This document shows positions 1 through 8,952 of a DNA stretch of 64,000 bases, piece after piece. This DNA is from Acidimicrobiia bacterium UBA5794 (GTDB lineage Bacteria; Actinomycetota; Acidimicrobiia; Spongiisociales; UBA5794). Below the pieces are notes generated by a model, which saw nothing but the letters and a program-made list of their open reading frames with translations, searched no databases and had not been told where the DNA came from. The position numbers and the translations under genes are program-made. Within the stretch, counting starts at the first letter, position 1. Every line of letters starts with the position of its first letter. The stretch covers positions 76,396-140,395 of the forward strand of contig DIDS01000032.1 in NCBI GenBank assembly GCA_002418265.1, read 5' to 3'.

Positions 1-347
1 GGCGAGGACGACTCCTGCGGTAGCTTCCCGCGGCAAGGAATCGAAACGGAACGTTTTTCCTTGATGCTCCGAGAGTGCGCTCGCGAGAAGGTCAGCAGTG
101 TTGTTGCCGATCGGACTGTGATAGTCGGTGAGTTCTGGTTCACCTGCGAACTGAACGAGGTCCTCAGAGACTGCGAGAGCCACCGCAGAGTCCTTGGTCG
201 TTGCAACGACGAGCTCCGACGTTGGATCGGTTCGATGTTTCCACACCGTTTCGAGAAATGGTTTGAACGGGAAGGGCCCTGTTCGAGGGGCCGTCGGTTC
301 CCCTTCAGTCGGGAAGTGTGTCCAATCACTGGCAATGTTGAGGGGAA

Positions 348-1280
348 TCACGCATTCACCAGCACAAGGTTGCCGACGCTGCGTCCGGCGCCCATGACGG
401 GTTGGTTGAGTTGTGGATCCAACGTGGTGCGCATGGCATCGGTCAACATGCCGAGCCGATCAGCGACATGGAGCGCAGCTGAGCAAGCCACGTCGCCGTC
501 GCCGGACATGGACTTGGTCGCGATCGCGACGCCATGTCTCACCATTGCATATGATCCTTCTGCGCCACCTTTCTGTGGCCCTCCCCACATGGCCCCGATT
601 CGGCCATTTGCAGCAACGTTGTCCGTGATGAGCGATGGGAACCGCGCCATGACATCCGCAATGGGTTCCATCTCCTCTTCGGTGTCGAGCCTGATGAACG
701 CCTTTGCGAGTCCTCGGATCGAACCACGCAACGTCGGAGCTCCGCAGCCGTCAACGCCAACTGGCAATGGGTTGATGCCGGTGAACTCGTGAACGATTTC
801 GACGATGGATGTCTGGATCGGATGGTTCGGTTCCAGATACGTGTCGAGATCCCAACCTGTGTGCACGCATGCGGCAAGCCACCCGGCGTGCTTTCCCGAA
901 CAGTTATGGAGGATGGACCGCCTGGAGCGGTCCCCCTTTGAAATCAGGTCGGCATTTGCGCGCCGTGCGAGTGGACGGTCTGGAGTTGTGCGTAACGATG
1001 CCTCCGTGATACCCGCATTGCTGAGAATCTGGCGGACGATCGCGATATGAACGGGGTAGCCATGGTGGCTGGCGCATGTCAGAGCAAGGTGCTCTGGCGG
1101 TAGGACAAGACCCGTTCGTCTGGCAGCGAGCGCCTGAAACGGTTTGATCGCCGATCGGTAGTACATGGGTCGGTCGGGATTGCCAGAGGTGAACAGCTCC
1201 CGCCCATTGGCATCAAGAGCGATGGCGTCGACGTCGTCGAACGATTCGGCAAGCCCGGATCGGACCCTTGCAAACCGCAT
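348..1280 (-). CDS. Asparaginase_II-family L-asparaginase
   Basis: 310 aa. Overall similarity pattern to Rhizobium-type asparaginase (PF06089), including the HNCSGKHAGWL motif region. Clean ORF in the same orientation as downstream neighbours. Confidence 0.7.
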   Translation of the reverse strand: MRFARVRSGLAESFDDVDAIALDANGRELFTSGNPDRPMYYRSAIKPFQALAARRTGLVLPPEHLALTCASHHGYPVHIAIVRQILSNAGITEASLRTTPDRPLARRANADLISKGDRSRRSILHNCSGKHAGWLAACVHTGWDLDTYLEPNHPIQTSIVEIVHEFTGINPLPVGVDGCGAPTLRGSIRGLAKAFIRLDTEEEMEPIADVMARFPSLITDNVAANGRIGAMWGGPQKGGAEGSYAMVRHGVAIATKSMSGDGDVACSAALHVADRLGMLTDAMRTTLDPQLNQPVMGAGRSVGNLVLVNA

Positions 1281-1286
1281 GACAGC

Positions 1287-1850
1287 TCAGTTCGCCGAAA
1301 GCAGTTCGTCTGCGTCCGCTGCACCTTCGCGGTAGCGACGCGTCAACTCCGTCGTGATGATCTCATAAGCGTCGTACACGGCACGCCGCTGATCGGAGAC
1401 TTCGCGTTCAGCAGCCCCGAGCCCGTCGCGAATGGTGACAAGTTCACTGTCTTGGAGAAAGGGGAGTCTGGCGAGGAAGTCATCGGCAAGTGCCCTGTCG
1501 ACCTCTCTCCGCCCTGCCCCTGCAAACTCGGGCGTATCGACCGATAGCTCGCGGTCGAGCGGATTCGATGTGTGGCTCGCCGATCCATCGCTCAAGATCT
1601 CGGGAAGCGCCTCGATCAGTGACCGGGACTCGGTGCCCGCTCTGCGTCGCATTTCGAAGTCGAGGAGGTCCATCCGACCATGGAGCACTCGCCGGTAATA
1701 GGAGAATTCGGTGTCGAGCTCGTCGAGCATCTTCCGACGGTTTCGGATCTCGTCAAGAGCAATCTCGTCAAGCCCCTCGGTGAAGGCTGGGTCCATGACC
1801 TGATCAATTCTTCTGCGGTGCTGTTCCATCTGTGCTCCTTGAACCCTCAC
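1287..1850 (-). CDS. conserved hypothetical coiled-coil protein (possibly RsiG-like anti-sigma, speculative)
   Basis: 187 aa, highly charged/helical, two long helices rich in E/R/D. 6 nt upstream of the asparaginase gene. No catalytic motifs recognised. Confidence 0.45.
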   Translation of the reverse strand: MRVQGAQMEQHRRRIDQVMDPAFTEGLDEIALDEIRNRRKMLDELDTEFSYYRRVLHGRMDLLDFEMRRRAGTESRSLIEALPEILSDGSASHTSNPLDRELSVDTPEFAGAGRREVDRALADDFLARLPFLQDSELVTIRDGLGAAEREVSDQRRAVYDAYEIITTELTRRYREGAADADELLSAN

Positions 1851-1908
1851 AAGTTAGCAAGCCGGACGACCGACCTCGACACCATTGACTGAGTCAGCGC
1901 CCTGGCCG

Positions 1909-3063
1909 TTAACAGACCGAGCGGACCGTCGGATAGGGGTTGACGGCCACACCACCCGGTCTGATTTCGAAGTGGAGGTGCGGTGAGGTGTACCGGGCAT
2001 TTCCGGAGTTTCCGAGGAATCCAACAACGGTTCCCTTGGAAACCCGCTGGCCTGAACTGATGTTCGAGGGATGTCCCTCGAGGTGGGTGTAGTAATACAC
2101 AACACCGTTGTCTGCATAGAGGTGGGTTGAACGTCCCCCGAGAGAGTTGGACGAGAACTTGACGCGCCCGTCTGCGACCGCGAGAACGGGTGTGTTGCGA
2201 GCGTTGAACATGTCGACACCCTTGTGGGTTCTCCCACCGGAGCGGCGAGCACCCCAGGTATTTGAGAACGATGCGCCACCCTGGACGGGACAGATGAATC
2301 CTGGCGTCGTGGCGGGGTCGGCTCCGCCAGCTCTTCCGGGTGCCTTGGCCGCTTTTTCTGCCGTCTGTCGCTTGATACGATCGTCCTCGACCTGCTTCTT
2401 CCGGATCTCTGCGCGCAGCTCATCGATTGCGTCAGCGAGTGCAGCGTCGGCGTTGTCGAGGATGGCCTGCCGCTCCTCATAAAGCTGGTTGATTTCGTCC
2501 ACCAGGGCTGCGGCCTTGTCCTCGGCGACCTTGACGACGGCCTTCTGTTCCTCGAGCTCTACCGTTGAGCGGTCAACCTGGCGCGAGATGGCTTCAAGAT
2601 TCCCGAGTGTTGCAAGCTCCGATTCGGCTGCTCGGTCCATGAGGGCTTGTGACGTGACGAGTTCCTGGATACTTCCGGCCGAGAACGCGGAACCGATCAT
2701 GGATGTCTGACGTCCACCGGTATAGGCATCGATGACGAGCTGGCGGGCCGTCCTTTCGATATCGGCTGCCTCACCGCGATACCGAGTCACAGCCTCATCC
2801 ATCTTGCCGAGTCGATATTGGAGGTCCGTGTGTTCGGCGTGAATCGCCTCGTATTCAGCAATTGCAGCGTCAAGGCGCTCGGACGCTGCAACGTACTCGG
2901 CGTAGGCAGCCGACTGCTTTGCCTCCGCCCTGGCCTTGGCTCTGGCTGCAGCATCGACGTCGCTTTGGGTTTGGGCGGACGCGGCGATCGGGACAATCGA
3001 AAGGAGGGCGATCGCCAGGAGGAGTGTCAGCACGCGTTGAACGCTGAATCGTGACATGCCCAA
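1909..3063 (-). CDS. secreted M23 (LytM-domain) metallopeptidase with N-terminal coiled coil
   Basis: 384 aa. N-terminal signal peptide (LTLLLAIALLSIVPIAASA), long coiled-coil region, C-terminal LytM domain with HKGVD ... HLHFE metal-binding motifs. Confidence 0.8.
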   Translation of the reverse strand: MGMSRFSVQRVLTLLLAIALLSIVPIAASAQTQSDVDAAARAKARAEAKQSAAYAEYVAASERLDAAIAEYEAIHAEHTDLQYRLGKMDEAVTRYRGEAADIERTARQLVIDAYTGGRQTSMIGSAFSAGSIQELVTSQALMDRAAESELATLGNLEAISRQVDRSTVELEEQKAVVKVAEDKAAALVDEINQLYEERQAILDNADAALADAIDELRAEIRKKQVEDDRIKRQTAEKAAKAPGRAGGADPATTPGFICPVQGGASFSNTWGARRSGGRTHKGVDMFNARNTPVLAVADGRVKFSSNSLGGRSTHLYADNGVVYYYTHLEGHPSNISSGQRVSKGTVVGFLGNSGNARYTSPHLHFEIRPGGVAVNPYPTVRSVC

Positions 3064-3110
3064 GGCAGGCTAGCGAGGGAGTTCGGGAACCGGACCAGGT
3101 TTCTGGTGGT

Positions 3111-4106
3111 CTACCCGAAGAACCAGACCGCCATCCAGAACAGGGGAGAGGCCAGGACTGCCCCGTCGAACATGGCAAGGGCGCCAGGTGCGTTCTCGGT
3201 GTGGACGATGGATCCGGTTCGAAGGGTCGATCCGAGAGCACGTCCCCCGATCACGCCGGCTGCTGCAGCCACGCCGCCAAGAAGTCCAGCGGCGACGTCA
3301 AGCTCGGAGATAGCGAATCCGGCAATCAATCCACCAATGAGGGCACCAAGAAGGGCTCCCACATTTGGATCGACTGATTGGATGGAGTCGCCGTAGGCGC
3401 CGGCGAGGAATGATCCGACGAGAGCGAAGGCCGTGACGAGTACGAAGGCCAGCACTGCGTACGAACCGATCAGCCTGATGAGTACGAGGCCAGCAGCCGC
3501 TGACGATGCAAGGATGGTGACCAGCGCGGTTGCGGCTGTGGTTCGAAAGTCCCGGTGCGCCTTGTCGAAGATTGGCCACGACACCGCAACGATGAACCCG
3601 AACGCGATCCCACCGGCAAATCCGTCGAACCCCCACGCGTAGGCGGCCGATGCCGCGACCGTCACTCCGATCATCGGCGGGTAGACGACAAACGAGTCTC
3701 GCGATGTTGAAGCGGTTTCGAAGGCATCCCAGATCCAGGCGATGATTGCGCCAACCGCAACGACCACAAACCACTGCGGATCTGCCCAGGCAACCGCGAG
3801 GAGGGCAGCAATCAGTGCAACCGACAGGATTCCGGGGATGTCGACTACGGACGCAGTGGTAGTTGCTCCACCCGATACGGGAGGGATCAACGCAATCTCG
3901 TCGGACGCGGAGATCGCCGTGGAGAGTTCAGCCTGTTCGCCGTTGACCCACACTCCGGCCGACTTGATGCCGGCCGCAAAGCGATCACCGAATTGCGTCG
4001 ATGCGCTGTCGAGCAGCTCCGCGACGGTGGAGGCATCGATGTCTACAGAATCGGTTCCCGCTGACTCGCGGAGATTGGCGAAGAGTCGGAGTGTGGCCAT
4101 GGCCAA
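3111..4106 (-). CDS. MoaD/ThiS-like beta-grasp domain fused to a polytopic membrane domain
   Basis: 331 aa. First ~85 aa match the MoaD pattern (MATLRLFANLRE ... IALIPPVSGG) ending in the diagnostic GG. This is followed, without a stop, by ~245 aa of Gly/Ala-rich predicted TM helices. Confidence 0.6.
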   Translation of the reverse strand: MAMATLRLFANLRESAGTDSVDIDASTVAELLDSASTQFGDRFAAGIKSAGVWVNGEQAELSTAISASDEIALIPPVSGGATTTASVVDIPGILSVALIAALLAVAWADPQWFVVVAVGAIIAWIWDAFETASTSRDSFVVYPPMIGVTVAASAAYAWGFDGFAGGIAFGFIVAVSWPIFDKAHRDFRTTAATALVTILASSAAAGLVLIRLIGSYAVLAFVLVTAFALVGSFLAGAYGDSIQSVDPNVGALLGALIGGLIAGFAISELDVAAGLLGGVAAAAGVIGGRALGSTLRTGSIVHTENAPGALAMFDGAVLASPLFWMAVWFFG

Positions 4107-4194
4107 AGCGTAGCGCCATCCACGATCGCGGCCGTGAATCAGGTGTCATGCAATCTCAAATGATGATTGTGTCGTCACCCCCATATTCGGATTG

Positions 4195-5115
4195 TCATGT
4201 GCCGCCTCCGAGCAGGTTCATGTCACGCAGCGCGCTGATCGGCTCATCGAAATCGGTTGCGTCGTAGGCGATGAACAGGTTCTGTCTCACCCGTCGCAGA
4301 GCCGATCCCGGCATCGTGATGTCGCGCCATGTCGCAAACGCCGGAGATATCGCAAAGGCAGTGCGATCGGTTTCGGACACGATCTCGATGATTGTCCCGA
4401 GTCCCGCCCCATCGGCAGCGGCTGCCGTTGCCATCAACATGTTGAGGAATCCGTGGCGGTAGATGCTCAGGGCTTCGTCGAAGTGACGGACGGGTTGATG
4501 GAGACCTGCGGTTGCCTTGTAGGGAAGACCGGCATCGACGCAGGACTTGATGAAGACGGCAAGCTCCTCTGCGGTGGGGAAAAGGTCTGAGGTCGCCCCG
4601 CCGCATCGGAGTTTCGCTCCACCGACTCGCCCTGCTCGTTTGATGACGTCAGCAATGCTGCGGACCTGTCCTTCGATGTTCGCCGACGGCGTCACCTCCA
4701 GGAACGCAACAACGTCGGGGCTGATCGAACCAACCGTGGTGAAGAGCCGTTCGATTCCATCAATCGTCGGATCAATGATGCGAGCTTCGGCAGCTGAAAC
4801 GGTCATCGCAGGCTCCATCTCAGCGTGGAACGCCGCGGCGAGGTCGGCCGATTGCGGGGCATCGAGATCGAAGGTGGCGCTTACCTCCCACGGCACTTCG
4901 CCAGCAACCATCGTTGCCTGGGCCACTGCGGCGAGTTCTTCGAGTTGCGAGGCCCGGATGAGGAATCGGCCCACAACCCACGAGGCCTCCGAGGCACGTG
5001 CTTCGCGGTAACCAGCAACGGCATCACCCACACTCAGCGACGCTGGAGGAAACACACCGCCATAGTCAACGAGGGCAGCGAATGCCGATGTTCGTGCATC
5101 AACGACGAGTCTCAT
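4195..5115 (-). CDS. conserved hypothetical protein
   Basis: 306 aa clean ORF with codon usage typical of the window. Contains AKLRCGG and KATAGLHQP motifs suggestive of a TIM-barrel-type enzyme. Family not recognised. Confidence 0.45.
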   Translation of the reverse strand: MRLVVDARTSAFAALVDYGGVFPPASLSVGDAVAGYREARASEASWVVGRFLIRASQLEELAAVAQATMVAGEVPWEVSATFDLDAPQSADLAAAFHAEMEPAMTVSAAEARIIDPTIDGIERLFTTVGSISPDVVAFLEVTPSANIEGQVRSIADVIKRAGRVGGAKLRCGGATSDLFPTAEELAVFIKSCVDAGLPYKATAGLHQPVRHFDEALSIYRHGFLNMLMATAAAADGAGLGTIIEIVSETDRTAFAISPAFATWRDITMPGSALRRVRQNLFIAYDATDFDEPISALRDMNLLGGGT

Positions 5116-5249
5116 GCATGCTCCCGCGGTGACGCAGCACTAGTGGCCTCTCGAACTTGGGCCAAGGTCGAGTCGCTGGAAGGTGTCAAGTGTAAAGAAT
5201 ATCTCGGTGCCTACAAGAGTCATGGGGCCTCGCTGTGTCGGTTGTCGGA

Positions 5250-6083
5250 TCAGTAGATTTCGGGGACGAAGGTTTGCTCGGTAATCGGGGGGCGGATGTA
5301 TGCCGAATCCTTTTGACGGGGAGGAAGCTCAACCCATCCCAGTGTCCGATCCTCGTATGGGATGAGCGAAAGCAGATGGCTGATGACGTTGAGGCGTGCT
5401 CGCTTCTTGTCTTCGGAGTTCACGACGTACCAAGGCGCCTGCTTGGTGTCGGTGTGGTCGAACATGATGTCTTTTGCCCGTGAGAAATCGACCCACCTGG
5501 TCCGTGATTCGAGATCCATACTCGAGAGCTTCCAGCGCTTTGTCTTGTCATTGATCCGACTTTGGAAACGGCGCTCCTGCTCTTCGTCACTCACCGAAAA
5601 CCAATACTTGATGAGGATGATCCCGCTGCGGACGAGCATCCGTTCGAACTCGGGACACGATCGGAGGAACTCCCGGTACTCCTCCTCCGTGCAAAACCCC
5701 ATCACGGGTTCAACGAGCGCCCGGTTGTACCACGATCGGTCGAAGAGGACCATCTCGCGTGCCGCCGGAAGCTGGGCGACATACCGCTGGAACCACCATT
5801 GCGTCTTTTCCCGTTCTGTTGGGGTTCCCAGAGCCACGATCCGACAGATCCGCGGATTCAGCCGCTCCGTGATTCGCTTGATCGCACCGCCCTTCCCTGC
5901 TGCATCTCTGCCTTCAAACACGACAACAACGCGGAGACCCTCGTCTCTGATGTAACTCTGGAGCTTGACGAGTTCTGTTTGGAGACGCGCGAGTTCCGAG
6001 TGGTAATACTTGTTCTTCAGCTTTGGTGGCCTTGCACGATTCGACCGTTCGATCGTTTCGGAGTCGCTTTCGTCGCTGCTCAC
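5250..6083 (-). CDS. ppk2: polyphosphate kinase 2 (PPK2) family
   Basis: 277 aa. Walker A-like GRDAAGKGG, PPK2 lid region and conserved blocks (FDRSWYNR, QAPWYVV). Confidence 0.85.
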   Translation of the reverse strand: MSSDESDSETIERSNRARPPKLKNKYYHSELARLQTELVKLQSYIRDEGLRVVVVFEGRDAAGKGGAIKRITERLNPRICRIVALGTPTEREKTQWWFQRYVAQLPAAREMVLFDRSWYNRALVEPVMGFCTEEEYREFLRSCPEFERMLVRSGIILIKYWFSVSDEEQERRFQSRINDKTKRWKLSSMDLESRTRWVDFSRAKDIMFDHTDTKQAPWYVVNSEDKKRARLNVISHLLSLIPYEDRTLGWVELPPRQKDSAYIRPPITEQTFVPEIY

Positions 6084-6190
6084 GATTCCTCCTGCCGGCG
6101 TTCGTCGTACCCGTGCACAATACCGACCTGGCGTTGCCCGACTTGGCGTTCACCCGACTCCCATGTCGACCCTGTCGGTAATCTCTCCAT

Positions 6191-7039
6191 ATGAACCAAC
6201 CGATCTCATTTCTTTCGGACTTTGGGTACGTCGACGAGTTCGTCGGTGTGGTTCACGGCGTCATCGCACGCATCGCCCCGACGACCAGGGTGATCGACAT
6301 CACACACGGGATCAGACGCGGCGACATCCACGGAGGGGCGATGTCACTCACGCGTGCTGTCCAGTTCATGCCTGACGGTGTGTTCCTCGCCGTTGTTGAT
6401 CCCGGTGTCGGAACTGACCGATTGGCAATCGCGGCGCGGACATCGGTCGGGTACTTCGTTGGACCCGACAACGGCCTGCTTGCACCCGCAGTTGCGATGG
6501 TTGGCGGCGCCGATCTGATTGTCTCTCTCGAGGACGAGCAGTTTCAGCTGCCACGCCAGGGGTCAACCTTTCACGGGAGGGACATCTTCGGGCCAGCTGC
6601 CGCGGTCCTGGCTGCGGGTCAGGCCGAGATCGGTGACCTCGGACCGGCCGTCAACCCGGATGCGATCACCCCGCTTTTGATACCTCTCTCCGAGCCGACC
6701 GGGCGCGGTTCCATCAAAGGTGCGGTTCTGTGGATCGACACCTACGGGAACATCCAGATCAACATCGGACCCGAGGACCTGAACGCCCTTGGCCTGTCAA
6801 AAGGTGATGACGTGTTGGTGAGTGCTGCCATGCACGAGTTCCGCATCACGTGGGGCGAGTCATACGGATCGGTCGAGGAGGGCGAAGCGGTTGTCCACGT
6901 CGACTCGCACGGTCAGATGGCGCTCGGAGTTCGTGGTGGCAGTGCCGAAGAGGATTTCGACCTGGTGGTTGGTGACCCAATCGTCCTCGGACGACCAGAT
7001 GGCGGCAACAGAATCAACCTTGAGATTGTCTCCTCTTAG
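6191..7039 (+). CDS. SAM hydroxide adenosyltransferase / fluorinase-chlorinase-like (DUF62)
   Basis: 282 aa. N-terminal ISFLSDFG, DITHG, VVDPGVG, FHGRDIF blocks typical of the S-adenosyl-L-methionine hydrolase family. Confidence 0.8.
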   Translation: MNQPISFLSDFGYVDEFVGVVHGVIARIAPTTRVIDITHGIRRGDIHGGAMSLTRAVQFMPDGVFLAVVDPGVGTDRLAIAARTSVGYFVGPDNGLLAPAVAMVGGADLIVSLEDEQFQLPRQGSTFHGRDIFGPAAAVLAAGQAEIGDLGPAVNPDAITPLLIPLSEPTGRGSIKGAVLWIDTYGNIQINIGPEDLNALGLSKGDDVLVSAAMHEFRITWGESYGSVEEGEAVVHVDSHGQMALGVRGGSAEEDFDLVVGDPIVLGRPDGGNRINLEIVSS

Positions 7040-7110
7040 TAGGCGGAAACCCTCGAAGGGTCGTGCCTGTTGGGCAAAAAAGTGTCATACCCGGTTGATA
7101 CGGTGTCTTC

Positions 7111-8505
7111 ATGGTCACTCAAGCGCCACCCATTACATCATCCACGACCCCGCCGACTGATTGGGATTTCGATACGAGTTGGTTCCCGTCCGATATTGGC
7201 GAGTGGGAGCCTTCCGTCGAGCTGGGGACGTACCTGACCGAGTTCGATCCGTCAGAACTCGAAAGCGGTGACCGCGTCAGGCTGCTCCAGGCCAGGGCTC
7301 GCCTCGCCTCTCACGTGACGGCGTCACTCCTGCGCGACATTGCCGGGGTGGTGGATGCATACGCTGTGGAGTGTCGCTTGGAGCCCACCGATGAGATCGT
7401 GTTGGACGATGCAGCGTCTGAGCTCCGCGCGGCGCTGCATCTAACACGTCGGGCAGCGGACGGATGGATACATCTCGCTCTTCGTCTGCGAAACGAGTTC
7501 CCCGACCTGTTGGCCCTCCTCAATTCGGGGGATCTCGATCTCCCTCGTGTACGGGCAATTGACTACGCCATCTTCGGATTACCGGACGAATACGCAAGAA
7601 ACGTTGTTGATGCGATCATTGACGATGCACCGCACCTGACAACCGGCCAGTTGGGTGCACGAATACGCAAGCTCATCATCGACCTGGAGCCGGAAGCCGC
7701 TCAGGACCAATACGAAGCCGCCGTCGAGCATCGTTCTGTTGTGGTGTACCCCGGTGAGGCCAACACGGCTGGTGTGAATGCAAGAAATCTTCCTCCCGAT
7801 CGTGTCGCAGCGATCTCGCGTCGCATTGACAAGATCGCAAAATCTCTGCGTACTGGCGGCGAGACGCGAACCATGGACCAGCTACGAGCCGATGTGTTCA
7901 TGGACCTGCTTGCGGGCACAAGCCACACGACGGTGGGACGAGGAGTTGTGGACATCCGAGTCGACCTCGAAACACTGACCGGGCTTGCTCAACGCTCCGG
8001 TGATCTGGGTGGGTACGGACCCGTCGTGGCCGACATTGCCCGCCAGACGGTGGAACAGAACCCGGATGCCGAGTTTCGATTCATGGTGACCGACCGCAAG
8101 ACCCGCCAGCTTGTGAGCCATGGAACCACCCGGAGGCGTCCGACCGCTGAGCAACGACGGCTCGTCGAGATGTTCCACCTGCGGTGTGTCTTCCCAGGCT
8201 GTCGCATGCCAGCGACGCAATGTGATCTTGATCACCGCATCGAATGGTTGGGGAATGGGCCTACGACGGTCGACAACCTTCTACCGCTTTGCAGACATGA
8301 TCACGTGATCCGTCACGATGCCGGGTGGAAACACTTCATCGATGATGTCGGCGACTACGTTTGGGTATCACCGCTCGGTGTCGCCTACCGACAACCACCA
8401 GACGACGACCAATTCCCAAATGCCGCGGCCATTGATGCCGTCGCTCCCGACGTGCCAGCAGTTGACAATGGTTCCGATCCCATGGGAACCCGAGCTCCTC
8501 CCTGA
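7111..8505 (+). CDS. DUF222 + HNH endonuclease protein (REP13E12-like)
   Basis: 464 aa. C-terminal HNH motif CVFPGCRMPATQCDLDHRIEW...NLLPLCRHDH after a long DUF222-like N-terminal region. Typical actinobacterial selfish-element-like protein. Confidence 0.8.
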   Translation: MVTQAPPITSSTTPPTDWDFDTSWFPSDIGEWEPSVELGTYLTEFDPSELESGDRVRLLQARARLASHVTASLLRDIAGVVDAYAVECRLEPTDEIVLDDAASELRAALHLTRRAADGWIHLALRLRNEFPDLLALLNSGDLDLPRVRAIDYAIFGLPDEYARNVVDAIIDDAPHLTTGQLGARIRKLIIDLEPEAAQDQYEAAVEHRSVVVYPGEANTAGVNARNLPPDRVAAISRRIDKIAKSLRTGGETRTMDQLRADVFMDLLAGTSHTTVGRGVVDIRVDLETLTGLAQRSGDLGGYGPVVADIARQTVEQNPDAEFRFMVTDRKTRQLVSHGTTRRRPTAEQRRLVEMFHLRCVFPGCRMPATQCDLDHRIEWLGNGPTTVDNLLPLCRHDHVIRHDAGWKHFIDDVGDYVWVSPLGVAYRQPPDDDQFPNAAAIDAVAPDVPAVDNGSDPMGTRAPP

Positions 8506-8655
8506 CAGATGGTCGCCGAGCATCCACGCTTGCTACGGTGAAAGCCCGCCAGTCAACAACTTGACGATGAATGCGATCACAATGAACGCAAGCAGCACAA
8601 CAACGGCGATTGAGGTGACGGGTCTCATGTCCGAAACGATAGTGAGCGACCCACG

Positions 8656-8910
8656 GTGACCGGCTCCGGCTCGATGCTGCGCTTCTTCACACGTAACGGA
8701 TGTCCGTTGTGCGACAAAGGACTGGCAGTCCTCCAACCAATTGCCGAAGGTGCCGGTTACACAATCGAGATCATCGACATCGATCTCGACCTCGCACTGC
8801 TGGAGCGCTACAACGATCGGGTACCTGTTATCGAAGCCTTGGACGGATCGGTGGTCGATGAAGGAATCATTGCTCCCCGAACCGTCGAGTCCGCGCTCCG
8901 AAATCCATAG
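8656..8910 (+). CDS. glutaredoxin-like small thiol-disulfide protein (DUF836-type)
   Basis: 84 aa. CPLCD redox motif near the N-terminus on a thioredoxin-fold-sized ORF. An alternative start at 8674 (MLRFFTRNGCPLCD) is more typical for the family. Confidence 0.6.
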   Translation: MTGSGSMLRFFTRNGCPLCDKGLAVLQPIAEGAGYTIEIIDIDLDLALLERYNDRVPVIEALDGSVVDEGIIAPRTVESALRNP

Positions 8911-8920
8911 TCGCTGACCG

Positions 8921-8937
8921 GCAATCTGACTTCTGAC
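8921..8937. repeat. (CTGACTT)2 heptamer repeat, inverted copy of the 10205..10240 array
   Basis: ctgacttctgacttc lies between the convergent glutaredoxin-like and geranylgeranyl reductase genes. It is the reverse complement of the GAAGTCA array found upstream of the reductase gene. Confidence 0.7.
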
Positions 8938-8952
8938 TTCGGTCATCGGAAA

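Noticed and set aside
61-792. 243-aa + strand ORF
   Set aside because: Lies antisense to the well-supported asparaginase gene (348..1280). Ser/Arg/Pro-rich translation typical of the wrong strand of high-GC coding DNA.
1854-2480. Many long antisense or off-frame ORFs inside real genes (for example 1854..2480, 10990..11691, 15536..16228, 25053..26876, 47520..48560)
   Set aside because: High-GC DNA yields long spurious ORFs. All overlap genes with clear family signatures on the other strand or frame, and translate to Arg/Pro/Ser-rich low-complexity sequence.
8533-8628. 31-aa hydrophobic peptide (MRPVTSIAVVVLLAFIVIAFIVKLLTGGLSP) on the - strand between the HNH and glutaredoxin-like genes
   Set aside because: No convincing RBS and it is part of a longer low-complexity antisense ORF. 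Could be a real small membrane protein, but evidence is insufficient.
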